Source: an uncultured archaeon
GTDB lineage: Archaea > Aenigmatarchaeota > Aenigmatarchaeia > CG10238-14 > SCSR01
Assembly (NCBI GenBank): GCA_964606565.1
Contig: CAZSGV010000001.1
Location: forward strand, 1-32,316
Length of the DNA: 32,316 nt
Reading direction: 5' to 3'
Within the stretch, counting starts at the first letter, position 1; every line of letters starts with the position of its first letter. A program made the position numbers and the translations under genes. The notes below the pieces were generated by a model. It ran no database searches. It was given only the letters and a program-made list of their open reading frames with translations, and was not told where the DNA came from. Below are positions 7,776-16,419 of this stretch, in pieces.

Positions 7776-9083
7776 TCACTTGGATTTAAAATCTTTTAAG
7801 CTGCGCTGCTCTTTCGCTTTGGCCACCTGTTTCTTTTTCAGCTTGTCGTATTCTTCGTCCGAGAAAACAGGCACGCCATATACGCCGTCGTATCCTGGGA
7901 TGTATTTGACCTTCCCGTTTCTTGTTTTTATTATAGCGTCTGCGATTTTTTCGCTGGTCGCTTTGAGTAGTTCTTCTTTTGGGACGTCGAGTAAAATATT
8001 GAACTCGTTGCCGAATTTTCCAATGAGTCTGTCCTGCTGCTCGATAACTGGTTTTGAATAAAGCCGGTTCACTCCGGTCGCAGATGATATGATTTCGTAA
8101 AGCGGCAGCAGGGATTTGAATGGTATTGCGTTTAATGGTTTGAACCCCTCTGCTCGATCAGCAAGTTTTTCTACGCGCTGCATCACGCCGACCGTTAGCT
8201 TACGCCCGCAAATCGGGCATTTGTTGTCGAATTTTAGGGCTTCTTTCGGGTGGATGTTTATTCCACACTTGCGATGACCGGTAAAATGGTATTTTCCATA
8301 CGAAGGCTCGACTTCGATCGTGAACTTTAGTCGCTTCGAGTCTTTTTTTATTATCGCATCGTTTACTGCTTTGTATGTCAGTCTGTTGAGCTCGAAAGCA
8401 TTTGCCTCGCGTCCAATCCGCCACACCCACGGGCTGTGCGAGTCCGAGTTGCTGAGCAAAGTGAATTTGTCGAGGCTTGAGACGCGCCAATTCATCAGCG
8501 GGTCGCTGCTCAGGCCTGTTTCAAGCGCGTGTATGTGTTTTATCTGCTCCTGATAACACTCTTCCAAGCTGTCAAATCCGGAAAACTCTCCAATCACGCC
8601 GAACCAGCTTGTCCAAGCGTGCGCAGGATAAACCAAGATGTCGGTTGAGATTTTCATCAGAGTTTCTACAAATTCAGGAGATGTTATCCCTGTTAGTATG
8701 GGCCTTCCGTCTGCTTGCAGTTTGCCATATTTTTGCAGAGCTTCATTTATCTGTTCTACAACTTCTATACTTGGCGCATGTATGACATGATGGATTTTTC
8801 TTGTTTTGTTGTCTTGCGTATAGATTGTCGCGATTTCGCCAGTCAGAATCCAATTCATACCGTCGAATTCAAAGATGCCTGAATCGCTTTCTGTCTCGTT
8901 GCCGCCGAGTTTTTCTTTTGTTTGTGCAAGCCATACAGGATGTGTAAAGTCACCAGTTCCGACCAGATTTAAACCCTTTAACTTGCCGTTTCTTGAGATT
9001 TCTTCGATGTTCATGCTCTTGCTTGTCGCACGACTAAGGTAACTGTGTATGTGAAAATCAGCGATAATTTGCATAGTTGTCAC
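7776..9083 (-). CDS. Endonuclease Q (PHP-domain deaminated-base endonuclease with zinc finger)
   Basis: 435 aa. ADFHIHSYLSRATSK, KLKGLNLVGTGD, LSNSDSHSP..RIGREAN.FE, GKYHFTGHRKCG, CPICGRKLT and the C-terminal IPGYDGVYG match the EndoQ family pattern as I recall it from Pyrococcus. Confidence 0.82.
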   Translation of the reverse strand: MTTMQIIADFHIHSYLSRATSKSMNIEEISRNGKLKGLNLVGTGDFTHPVWLAQTKEKLGGNETESDSGIFEFDGMNWILTGEIATIYTQDNKTRKIHHVIHAPSIEVVEQINEALQKYGKLQADGRPILTGITSPEFVETLMKISTDILVYPAHAWTSWFGVIGEFSGFDSLEECYQEQIKHIHALETGLSSDPLMNWRVSSLDKFTLLSNSDSHSPWVWRIGREANAFELNRLTYKAVNDAIIKKDSKRLKFTIEVEPSYGKYHFTGHRKCGINIHPKEALKFDNKCPICGRKLTVGVMQRVEKLADRAEGFKPLNAIPFKSLLPLYEIISSATGVNRLYSKPVIEQQDRLIGKFGNEFNILLDVPKEELLKATSEKIADAIIKTRNGKVKYIPGYDGVYGVPVFSDEEYDKLKKKQVAKAKEQRSLKDFKSK

Positions 9084-9134
9084 ATCAATTGATGTCTACT
9101 TTTGTTTAGTTATTACTCTTACAGAATTTAAGTT

Positions 9135-9791
9135 CTATGCCATCGATTCAAAGAGCGGCCCGAATATATGTGGCGGCAAAAAAAGTGACAAAGAGAACAG
9201 TACAAGCAAAAGCCAAATTCGTGGGTTCCAAAAGAAAACTTTGCTGCCGTCAAGAGGTTTGATTGGCATCAAGTTGAAGAAAGCGATCCATAAGTTTATT
9301 GTTGCAAGATAACCGAGAGTCGGAGCTAAGCCCGCGAATGCCGCACCATTAGCCAACAGCTTGAAGACCAATACCAATGCCAAATTGGTCAGTGGGCCGG
9401 AAACTGAAATAAATCCGATTTCTCTGATTGACGGACGTCTGGATTTCATTCCCCATCTGCCAAATTTGTAAGTGCCTATTACAACTGCGCCGACAACTAT
9501 GAGCTTTAAGCCAACCAACATCATCAGCAATCCAAAAATCACACCAGGTATCCAAAGTCTGTATACAGCCGAGCAATTCAGCTTTTTTGCTGTAAAACGA
9601 TGCGCTAGTTCGTGAAAAAGAAAAGCAGTTAATACAGCCAAAAAAGAAAGCGGGAGAGCATCTATTGTCGATAATGGTGCTTTCCAATCGTATGCAAAAA
9701 TAACCGTAGTAGCTATGACTGCAATAATCAGGCTCATTGTTTCGTTTGATTCCAAATCAAGAACTGAAGTTCTCTTCTTCCTTTTAGGCAT
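9135..9791 (-). CDS. M50 family site-2 protease (intramembrane zinc metalloprotease)
   Basis: 218 aa, polytopic. It carries HELAH (FLFHELAHRF) and the second S2P motif NLMPIKPLDG. Confidence 0.85.
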   Translation of the reverse strand: MPKRKKRTSVLDLESNETMSLIIAVIATTVIFAYDWKAPLSTIDALPLSFLAVLTAFLFHELAHRFTAKKLNCSAVYRLWIPGVIFGLLMMLVGLKLIVVGAVVIGTYKFGRWGMKSRRPSIREIGFISVSGPLTNLALVLVFKLLANGAAFAGLAPTLGYLATINLWIAFFNLMPIKPLDGSKVFFWNPRIWLLLVLFSLSLFLPPHIFGPLFESMA

Positions 9792-9800
9792 AATTACATT

Positions 9801-10574
9801 TTATTCTAGGAAATATTTTAATGCTTCGCCTATATTGGACACTTCTTCCACTTCTATATCCACTTGTTCTTCTATATCGTTCGTTTCTGGCACGTATTCA
9901 GTATTGCAGTAGGTTATCGGCCCTATTTGTTCACATGTTTGTTCTTGTTTGTAATATGTCTGGATTGATTGGCCCTTTGGCACAACAAGCAAAGTCGCAC
10001 CAATGTCTTTCGCAGCTTTTGCTTTTGCAAGTATGCCGCCTACAGGCCCAATAGTGCCGTCAAGGTTTATAGTGCCAGTCATTATGGCATCCGGATTTAT
10101 TGTTTTATTTTGGATCGCAGCTATTGTTGCCACTGTGAGCGCGGCTCCAGCAGACGGACCTTCGATTAACGATGCTTCTATATTTATAGAATAAATAAAA
10201 TCCACTTCTGACAAATCCGCACTCGTGTAATTCTCTGCAACAGTTTTTGCAGTCTGTATTGAATATTGCGTGTCCACCCAGAACAGCAACTGGTCTATGT
10301 TCACCAATGTCCTACCTTCTCCAGGAGTCGAGTCAACTCCAAGCCAAGTCACTACACCATTACCATTTTCGTCTACTGCTGGGACTTTTATTGCAGCTGA
10401 ACCGTATTTTACAGCCGCTGGAGGAGTTTCATATGTGGTAATGTCAGGCTCTAATCCAGTTCCAGGCGCTTCAATGCCAGTTTCGATTTCTGTTTCCATG
10501 TCGCCTGAAGGAAAGCTAGATACCCAGACTAGAAAAAAAATCAAGGCCACTGCAATTATCGCGTTTTTTTCCAT
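9801..10574 (-). CDS. Membrane-anchored Lon-like S16 serine protease domain (no AAA+ module)
   Basis: N-terminal anchor IIAVALIFFLVWV. Lon proteolytic-domain motifs GPSAGAALTVATIAAI (Ser) and GTIGPVGGILAKAKAAKDIGA (Lys). It ends 9 nt upstream of the M50 gene. Confidence 0.82.
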   Translation of the reverse strand: MEKNAIIAVALIFFLVWVSSFPSGDMETEIETGIEAPGTGLEPDITTYETPPAAVKYGSAAIKVPAVDENGNGVVTWLGVDSTPGEGRTLVNIDQLLFWVDTQYSIQTAKTVAENYTSADLSEVDFIYSINIEASLIEGPSAGAALTVATIAAIQNKTINPDAIMTGTINLDGTIGPVGGILAKAKAAKDIGATLLVVPKGQSIQTYYKQEQTCEQIGPITYCNTEYVPETNDIEEQVDIEVEEVSNIGEALKYFLE

Positions 10575-10654
10575 GCCAACACCAGAGCATACTTTTCAAT
10601 AAATCTTCAATTGCTATTTTATAAAGATAACTAAAGTCACTCATAAAGATAAAT

Positions 10655-10934
10655 GGCGCAGGAGACAGGCCTTAGATTGACGCGGCTTCTATAAACCGAT
10701 TGTCCAGATTCCTTTCTCCACCTCGCTGATCCTACAGCACTTGAATGACTACTAACCCTTGCTGCATTCCTGTCCTGGGGGATTCGCAGGCAAGCAAGCC
10801 AATAGGGACAAGGCTTCGCAGTCCAGAATCTGGGTCGATCTACAAAACCCACGCCGCTCAAAGGATTTCGGCTCGGACATAAAGACCGTTTTCCGATACA
10901 GGTGAGGCCTAGCCACCCCGACCTAGTCTCCTGC
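10655..10934 (-). ncRNA. Signal recognition particle RNA (archaeal 7S type)
   Basis: On the minus strand, 5' GCAGGAGAC pairs with 3' GUCUCCUGC. 5' GGUGGCUAGGCC..CCUGUAUCGGAAAACGG resembles archaeal helix 2-4 sequences. CCCCAGGACAGGAAUGCAGCAAGGGUUAG resembles the helix-8 GGAA tetraloop and asymmetric loop. The stretch is locally GC-rich. A TTTAAAT box lies about 29 nt upstream (10960-10966). The ends are approximate. Confidence 0.8.
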
Positions 10935-10968
10935 AAAAGAGAATTATGTGTAATGTAAATTTAAATGT

Positions 10969-12150
10969 TTACTTCTTTAACAACTTCTGCATCCTGTCCA
11001 TAGCTTCTTCAATCTGCTCGTACTTTGTCGCATATGAGAACCTTATGAAGCCTTCGCCGTGTGGGCCGAAAGCAGAGCCGGGTGTGGTTATCACATGCGT
11101 TTTTTCGAGAACATTATCAACAAAATTATAAGAGTTTTTATCAAAGCTGTCGCAGCGCGGGAATGTGTAGAAAGCACCTTGTGGCATTTTCGTCTGCATC
11201 CCGATTTCGTTGAGGCGCTTGACTATAAACTTCCTGCGGCGGTCGTATTCGACCACCTGGTCGGCAATGAACTTTTTCGTTTTCGGATTTTTCAAGCCCT
11301 CAAGCGCTGCATACATCGAAGGAACGCACGCGCATATGTGGCCGAAATAATTGTACTTGAACACCTGTTTCATCAGTTCGATCGGCCCGGCTGCATAACC
11401 AACGCGCAAGCCAGTCATTGCATATGCCTTTGAAAAGCCGTTGACTGTTATTGTACGCGCAGCGATATCCGCGTCAAACGATGCGATGCTATAATGCTTT
11501 GCGCTGTCGTATATGATATCCTCATATATCTCGTCGGTTATGATAATAACATCTTTCTCGATTGCAAACTGTGCGATTTCTTCCAACTGTTGCTTTGTGA
11601 AAACGCCACCGGTCGGGTTGCAAGGAGAGTTGATAACTATGGCTTTGGTTTTTTTTGTGTATGCTTTTGCAAGGTCTTCGGCGGACGGAGCAAAATTGCT
11701 TTCTTCATATACAGGTATAAAGTTTGGCTTAATGTGCATGGAGCGTGCGAGTGAGATATACATCAGATAAGTCGGGTCCACAAGTATTATCTCTTCGTTG
11801 GGTTCAAACAATGCGCCAAAAATTGCTTGAAGCACGGTCGAAGAGCCTGCACCAACAACTATACCAAATGTCGGATCAACAACAAACCTGTTTTTCTTTT
11901 TCAGTTTATCAGCAATTGCTTCGTTCAGTCCAGGCACAGAACCGGCTGCTGCATAGTGCGTTTGATTGTTTTGCACTGCGCGAGTCATAGCATCTTTCAT
12001 AAAATCGGCCATGTCAAAATCCGGCTCGCCGCGGCCGAGACTGATAGCGTCTTCGTACGTTTGCGCCTTTCGTGCGAATGCAGAGATAGGACTTTCTGGT
12101 ATGCTGATTAAATCCTTTGTGATAAACTTTTTATGGTTAACAGGAGCCAT
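10969..12150 (-). CDS. Class I/II PLP-dependent aminotransferase (aspartate/aromatic type)
   Basis: 393 aa. Motifs LGRGEPDFD, INSPCNPTG and NGFSKAYAMTGLRVGY (PLP lysine), with RFSYA near the C-terminus. Confidence 0.85.
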   Translation of the reverse strand: MAPVNHKKFITKDLISIPESPISAFARKAQTYEDAISLGRGEPDFDMADFMKDAMTRAVQNNQTHYAAAGSVPGLNEAIADKLKKKNRFVVDPTFGIVVGAGSSTVLQAIFGALFEPNEEIILVDPTYLMYISLARSMHIKPNFIPVYEESNFAPSAEDLAKAYTKKTKAIVINSPCNPTGGVFTKQQLEEIAQFAIEKDVIIITDEIYEDIIYDSAKHYSIASFDADIAARTITVNGFSKAYAMTGLRVGYAAGPIELMKQVFKYNYFGHICACVPSMYAALEGLKNPKTKKFIADQVVEYDRRRKFIVKRLNEIGMQTKMPQGAFYTFPRCDSFDKNSYNFVDNVLEKTHVITTPGSAFGPHGEGFIRFSYATKYEQIEEAMDRMQKLLKK

Positions 12151-12185
12151 AATTAATTTTTAACCATTGAGGATAAATAAAACAT

Positions 12186-13592
12186 ATGACAAAAAAATTA
12201 GACATATTGAGACAACTGGACTGCTTTTTTAATCCGCAATCGGTTGCTGTAATAGGTGCTAGCCGTACGCCGTCGAAGTTCGGGCACATAATATTGAAAA
12301 ATTTCGTGCGTGGCAGTTTTCAAGGCAAGATATATCCTGTTAACCCAAACACAGATTCGATACTCGGCATTGAAGTTTATCCAAGCGTGAAAAAGATTCC
12401 TGAAAAAGTTGATTTGGCTGTTATTGTGACACCGGCAAAGACAGTACCAAAAATTTTGGACGAGTGCGCAGAAGCTGGCGTAAGATGCGTTGTGATAATA
12501 TCGGCCGGATTTTCTGAAATTGGAAAACAAGGTCAAAAGCTTGAGGAGCAGTGCAGAAAAATTATTAAAAACAAAAAAATCAGAGTCGTTGGCCCGAATT
12601 GCATAGGAGTATACGACACTTTGAGCGGGGTTGACACATTCTTCCTACCTAAAGCAAGGCTCGGAAGGCCGAAGAAAGGCGAAATCACCTTTATTTCCCA
12701 ATCAGGCGCAGTCGGTTCTACTATTTTGGACTGGCTGTCCGAAGAAAAAATAGGAATCTCAAAATTTGTCTCTTATGGTAATGCAATAGATATCAACGAG
12801 ACAGACCTGCTTGAATATTTTGCTGAAGATGAAAAAACAAAAGTTATTGCTATGTACCTCGAGGGGATAAAGAGCAGTGGCGAAGAGTTTATAAAAATCG
12901 CTAAGAAAACAGTGAAGAAAAAACCATTGATAGTTCTTAAATCAGGAAAAACAGAGCGCGGGATAGCAGCAGTCGCAAGCCACACAGGATCGCTTGCGGG
13001 CGTAGCGAAAATTTATTCTGGTGCCTTTAAGCAATCTGGAATAATAGAAGCGAATAATTGGGAAGAGCTTTTTGATTTTGCACGTGCTCTGTCTACGCAA
13101 CCGCTTCCTGAAGGAGACAATCTGGCTATAGTAACAGATGGTGGCGGATTCGGCGTACTTGCAACAGACGAGGCAGAAAGAGAGAACATAAAACTAAAAG
13201 AGCCAAGTAAAGGAATGAGAACCATATTGCGTAAAAAAATGCCGGCATATGTTTCTTTGTACAATCCGATAGACCTTACGGGCGATGCAACCGCCGAACG
13301 ATATGCGATAACAATATCGGAAGCTATGAAAGAATTTGATGGAATAATGGCGATAACACTTTTCCAGCTCCCCACAATCGGCAAAGATTTAGTGGAAGAA
13401 ATAATAGAACTTTCAAAAAAATATAACAAACCAATCCTTTGTTGTGCAACAGGCGGCGACTTTACAAAACGTATGATAAAAAAACTTGAAGAAAGCAGTA
13501 TACCGGTCTATCCAACGCCTGAGCGCGCTGTGCGTGCATTCAACGCTATGGTAAAATACTCCTCGATAAAAAAGAACTCAAACAAAAAATGA
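12186..13592 (+). CDS. acdA: ADP-forming acetyl/acyl-CoA synthetase, alpha subunit (CoA-binding plus ligase-CoA domains)
   Basis: 468 aa. FFNPQSVAVIGASRTPSKFGHIILKN, VGPNCIGV, SQSGA and ASHTGSLAG (phosphohistidine loop) are typical of NDP-forming acyl-CoA synthetase alpha. Confidence 0.85.
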   Translation: MTKKLDILRQLDCFFNPQSVAVIGASRTPSKFGHIILKNFVRGSFQGKIYPVNPNTDSILGIEVYPSVKKIPEKVDLAVIVTPAKTVPKILDECAEAGVRCVVIISAGFSEIGKQGQKLEEQCRKIIKNKKIRVVGPNCIGVYDTLSGVDTFFLPKARLGRPKKGEITFISQSGAVGSTILDWLSEEKIGISKFVSYGNAIDINETDLLEYFAEDEKTKVIAMYLEGIKSSGEEFIKIAKKTVKKKPLIVLKSGKTERGIAAVASHTGSLAGVAKIYSGAFKQSGIIEANNWEELFDFARALSTQPLPEGDNLAIVTDGGGFGVLATDEAERENIKLKEPSKGMRTILRKKMPAYVSLYNPIDLTGDATAERYAITISEAMKEFDGIMAITLFQLPTIGKDLVEEIIELSKKYNKPILCCATGGDFTKRMIKKLEESSIPVYPTPERAVRAFNAMVKYSSIKKNSNKK

Positions 13593-13689
13593 AAAATTAT
13601 CATCGCTCAGTAAATCCGAGCACGTCATAACAAAAACTTAAATACTTTGCTGACTCTTTACACAGTAAATGCAAATTGGTGACTAAAAA

Positions 13690-13767
13690 ATGATCACCGA
13701 AAAAAAAATCGAAGAAATAGAACTCGATGACTGGGACGAGGATGACGGCACTTTAGACGATTTTTAA
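13690..13767 (+). CDS. Candidate 25-aa highly acidic micro-protein (MITEKKIEEIELDDWDEDDGTLDDF)
   Basis: Below the ORF-track size cutoff. GGTGA SD (13677-13681) lies 8 nt before the ATG. A TTAAATA box lies about 45 nt upstream. T-rich tracts follow the stop. Confidence 0.3.
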   Translation: MITEKKIEEIELDDWDEDDGTLDDF

Positions 13768-13812
13768 CAATTTTTTATTTCTTTTTATTTCTTTTTTTCC
13801 TCAATTGTAAAT

Positions 13813-14421
13813 ATGTTTGATTTAGAAAGTGGAATACTGTTTGTGAAAGTAGCAAGAACTGCTGTAGAGAAATTTTTCGAAAATCAGCGCCCAGAGCCTG
13901 AAAAAACGAAAAATAAAAAATTGAATCAAAAGCATGGCGTGTTTGTTACAATCAAAAAAACTTCTGATCAATCGCTTCGCGGATGCATTGGTTTTATATC
14001 ACCTGCACCTTTATACGAAAGCGTCCAGCGGGCGGCAGTGTCGGCTGCGTTTCAAGATCCAAGATTCGAACAATTATCAAAAGACGAGCTTGAAAATGTG
14101 ACCTTCGAGATTTCTGTGATGACCGAGCCCGTGCTCGTTTCAAGAGATTTGGAAGAATTAAAACAGGAAATCGAAATAGGACGTGACGGTCTGATAATTT
14201 CTAACGACCCTTACAGCGGTCTTCTGCTCCCGCAAGTTTCAATTGAACAGAATTGGAATATTGACGAGTTTTTATACAACCTATGTTATAAAGCAGCTCT
14301 CACACCAGATTTTCTGAAAAATGAAAATACAAAATTATGGAAATTCCAATGTCAAATCTTCGCGGAGCGTGAGCCAAGAGGTCATATCGAAGAAATAGAA
14401 ATTAGAAACAGTCCCGAGTAA
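13813..14421 (+). CDS. AMMECR1 domain protein
   Basis: 202 aa. GVFVTIKK...LRGCIGFISP and AFQDPRF are signature AMMECR1 motifs. Confidence 0.88.
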   Translation: MFDLESGILFVKVARTAVEKFFENQRPEPEKTKNKKLNQKHGVFVTIKKTSDQSLRGCIGFISPAPLYESVQRAAVSAAFQDPRFEQLSKDELENVTFEISVMTEPVLVSRDLEELKQEIEIGRDGLIISNDPYSGLLLPQVSIEQNWNIDEFLYNLCYKAALTPDFLKNENTKLWKFQCQIFAEREPRGHIEEIEIRNSPE

Positions 14422-14547
14422 AATAAACAAAATAAATGAAATAAGCAAAAATTTACGTGTTACCACTTATTGAGAGTATGCCTTAAATATGTTAGGAAAG
14501 CTTTTATACCTTTTTTTATCGAAATTTAATTTAGGTGAATTAAAAAA

Positions 14548-14829
14548 ATGTTCGAACTAACGCTAATCGATTTAGGAGTAGCGTTCCTATTAGCAGTAGC
14601 ACTTGCCGAATGGGCAAAAGTAAGAAGGAAATCTGAAAAAGGCTTTGGGTGGCTAGCTGCTGCAGGAGTATTCTTCCTCTTTGCAGGAACATTGAACGTA
14701 GCCGTTCTACCAGGTCTGTATGACTATGTGAGCGGTCTATGGCTTGACACTCTGTTCGCAGCAATTGGATGGATCCTAGCCTTGGTAGGAACACTATTCA
14801 TAGGATATGAGACATTGCTGGAAAAATAA
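14548..14829 (+). CDS. Small membrane protein (3 predicted TM helices)
   Basis: 93 aa, hydrophobic. AGGTGA SD lies 8 nt upstream. TTTTATA box at about 14503-14509. Confidence 0.55.
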   Translation: MFELTLIDLGVAFLLAVALAEWAKVRRKSEKGFGWLAAAGVFFLFAGTLNVAVLPGLYDYVSGLWLDTLFAAIGWILALVGTLFIGYETLLEK

Positions 14830-14835
14830 ATTTGG

Positions 14836-14856
14836 TTTTTTAATTTTTTAATTTTT
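14836..14856 (+). terminator. Oligo-T termination tracts (T6, T6, T5)
   Basis: TTTTTTAATTTTTTAATTTTT lies directly after the stop of 14548..14829. Archaeal RNAP terminates at oligo-dT. Confidence 0.45.
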
Positions 14857-14912
14857 CCAACCTTCTTTTAGATTTTTCTATTGTTAGTTACAGTTAATTC
14901 TAAGAGGAGACT

Positions 14913-15692
14913 TCAAAGCTCTATCTCCATATCATCAAATGCAACAACAGTATTTTTGAAAATTTCTTTTGCAACACGTTCGGTTTCTTTTCTTTTTTCA
15001 ATAGTATCGTATCTCATAGCGCCAAAATGCGTCAGAACAAGCTTCTTCACATTCGCATCTTTTGCTTCTTTTGCAGCTTCTTCTGGGTTCATATGCGCCC
15101 AGTCTAGATTTATGGGTTCGCCAGGCAGATAGGCACACTCAGAAATAAATAGATCTGCATTCTTCGCTAACTCAATTGCCTTATCTGAACGGCCCGTGTC
15201 TGTGCAATACGTTATGATTTTTCCTTCTAATTCAAAGCGATAACCCATCGATAAATCAGAATGTGGTAAAAGCGCGCAACTGAATTTTACCGGATATTCA
15301 TGTTCCCCTTCTTCAACTTCAATTACCCTTTTATCTGGACTTTCAGAGTGCAGACGCGTTTCTTTAAAAGGAGTGTCTTCTAATTTGCTTGTGAACGGTT
15401 GATTGACTATCAAGTCTAGAATCTTTTTTGTCCCGATTTTTCCGATTACCTGAATTTTATTTTTGAAGATAAATTTGTCTAAGATATGAAACCCATAAAT
15501 ATGATCCAAATGGAAGTGGCTCAAAAATAGGTATATTGGTTTTGTGAAATCAGTTATATATTTGTCAAGTTTTTGTATCCCTTCACCAGCATCTAAAACA
15601 ATATAGCCTTCTTTTGCATCTATCAAGGTAGAAACTGTCAGCCCAGCCTTGGAACTATACCAACCACTTGTTCCTAGAAATATTATTTTCAT
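14913..15692 (-). CDS. MBL-fold metallo-hydrolase (RNase Z / ElaC-PhnP-like)
   Basis: Start placed at ATG 15692 (MKIIFLGTSGW); the track uses an upstream TTG. Motifs HFHLDH (HxHxDH), D..GEG and the C-terminal LVLTHF. At 259 aa it is shorter than typical RNase Z. Confidence 0.7.
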   Translation of the reverse strand: MKIIFLGTSGWYSSKAGLTVSTLIDAKEGYIVLDAGEGIQKLDKYITDFTKPIYLFLSHFHLDHIYGFHILDKFIFKNKIQVIGKIGTKKILDLIVNQPFTSKLEDTPFKETRLHSESPDKRVIEVEEGEHEYPVKFSCALLPHSDLSMGYRFELEGKIITYCTDTGRSDKAIELAKNADLFISECAYLPGEPINLDWAHMNPEEAAKEAKDANVKKLVLTHFGAMRYDTIEKRKETERVAKEIFKNTVVAFDDMEIEL

Positions 15693-15722
15693 AAATTTTT
15701 TATAAGCCTCCAAGAATTAAAA

Positions 15723-15856
15723 TGCAGGGGGTGGGATTCGAACCCACGAAGGCACTAAGCCACAGGGTTTCTCATTCTTTTCGTCATCTTTTTGTCCGCG
15801 CTCGAAATTTTATAATCTTGAGCCCTGCGCATTTAACCAGGCTTTGCTACCCCTGC
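15723..15856 (-). tRNA. tRNA-Leu (CAA) with 48-nt intron at canonical 37/38
   Basis: Minus strand: GCAGGGG..CAGGG-CTCAAG|intron|A-CCCTG, long variable arm TGGCTTAGTGCCTTC, T arm GTGGG-TTCGAAT-CCCAC, CCCCTGC-A. BHB: central helix CUCA/UGAG flanked by bulges AG|A and AA|A. Confidence 0.88.
15769..15816 (-). other. tRNA-Leu intron (48 nt)
   Basis: Sequence ATTATAAAATTTCGAGCGCGGACAAAAAGATGACGAAAAGAATGAGAA lies between anticodon-loop nt 37 and 38. Boundaries are ambiguous by 1 nt because of flanking A residues. Confidence 0.75.
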
Positions 15857-15924
15857 TAAACTTTGCTGACAATAACTAATGTCTGACTAGTATTTAAAAT
15901 AATGAGATTTGCACATGCTTGATA

Positions 15925-16419
15925 TTAGGACATCGCTTCAACGTCTCCTCTCAACTGCTCGATCTGAGATTTCAAATCACCTATAGTCTTTTCCAGACCC
16001 CTTACATCTTCAAGCTTCATTTCAGAAACCTCTTTCATAAAATCGACCGGTTTTGTGAAATCAGAATCAAGCTTAGTCAGTTGAGTGCTTACTTTTTCTA
16101 AAGCCGTATACAACAACTCCATATTTTGTTTTTGAAGCTTCTGCAATTTGCTTAAAATCGCTATTTGGTTCTTTATCAGGTTGAAACCCATTCTCACATA
16201 GTTAACGCTGTTTAATATGTCTCTGTATTTTGAGATCTTAACAAAAACCGGTGTCAGATCCTCTGACATATCTTCGATTTGTCTCAGTTTTTTGACATCT
16301 GTTGGCAAAGGACCGGCTGGTATGTTTGCAGATATGCTTTGCACATCAACAGGCGGGACAAACTCTCTTTTTTGAGCCTTTTTACGTTTTTTCTTTTTTT
16401 TCCGTCCAAAAACAGCCAT
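15925..16419 (-). CDS. Coiled-coil protein with poly-Lys N-terminus, unknown function
   Basis: 164 aa. MAVFGRKKKKKRKKAQKRE, then PVFVKISKYRDIL, then heptad-like Leu/Gln/Lys-rich helices. GAGGGA lies upstream of the ATG. Confidence 0.6.
   Translation of the reverse strand: MAVFGRKKKKKRKKAQKREFVPPVDVQSISANIPAGPLPTDVKKLRQIEDMSEDLTPVFVKISKYRDILNSVNYVRMGFNLIKNQIAILSKLQKLQKQNMELLYTALEKVSTQLTKLDSDFTKPVDFMKEVSEMKLEDVRGLEKTIGDLKSQIEQLRGDVEAMS

Noticed and set aside
10637-10936. A 99-aa minus-strand ORF in the ORF track.
   Set aside because: - It coincides almost exactly with the SRP RNA gene (paired termini, helix-8-like motif, local GC rise).
- Its Arg/Cys/Pro/Trp-rich translation looks like translated structured RNA, not protein.
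13013-13429. Long antisense or alternative-frame ORFs inside confident genes. Examples are 13013..13429, 2362..2796, 23184..23624, 26004..26333, 29755..30198 and 27217..27552.
   Set aside because: - Each lies fully within a gene that has strong family motifs on the other strand or frame.
- Their translations are low-complexity or Ser/Cys/Arg-biased, as expected for shadow ORFs.
15769-15816. Possible C/D-box sRNA embedded in the tRNA introns (GATGA-like and CTGA elements).
   Set aside because: - Only partial box-like words are present: AGAUGA in both introns, and CUGA only in Gln.
- They are not in the C...D'...C'...D order or spacing.
- No terminal stem or guide-length spacers are present.
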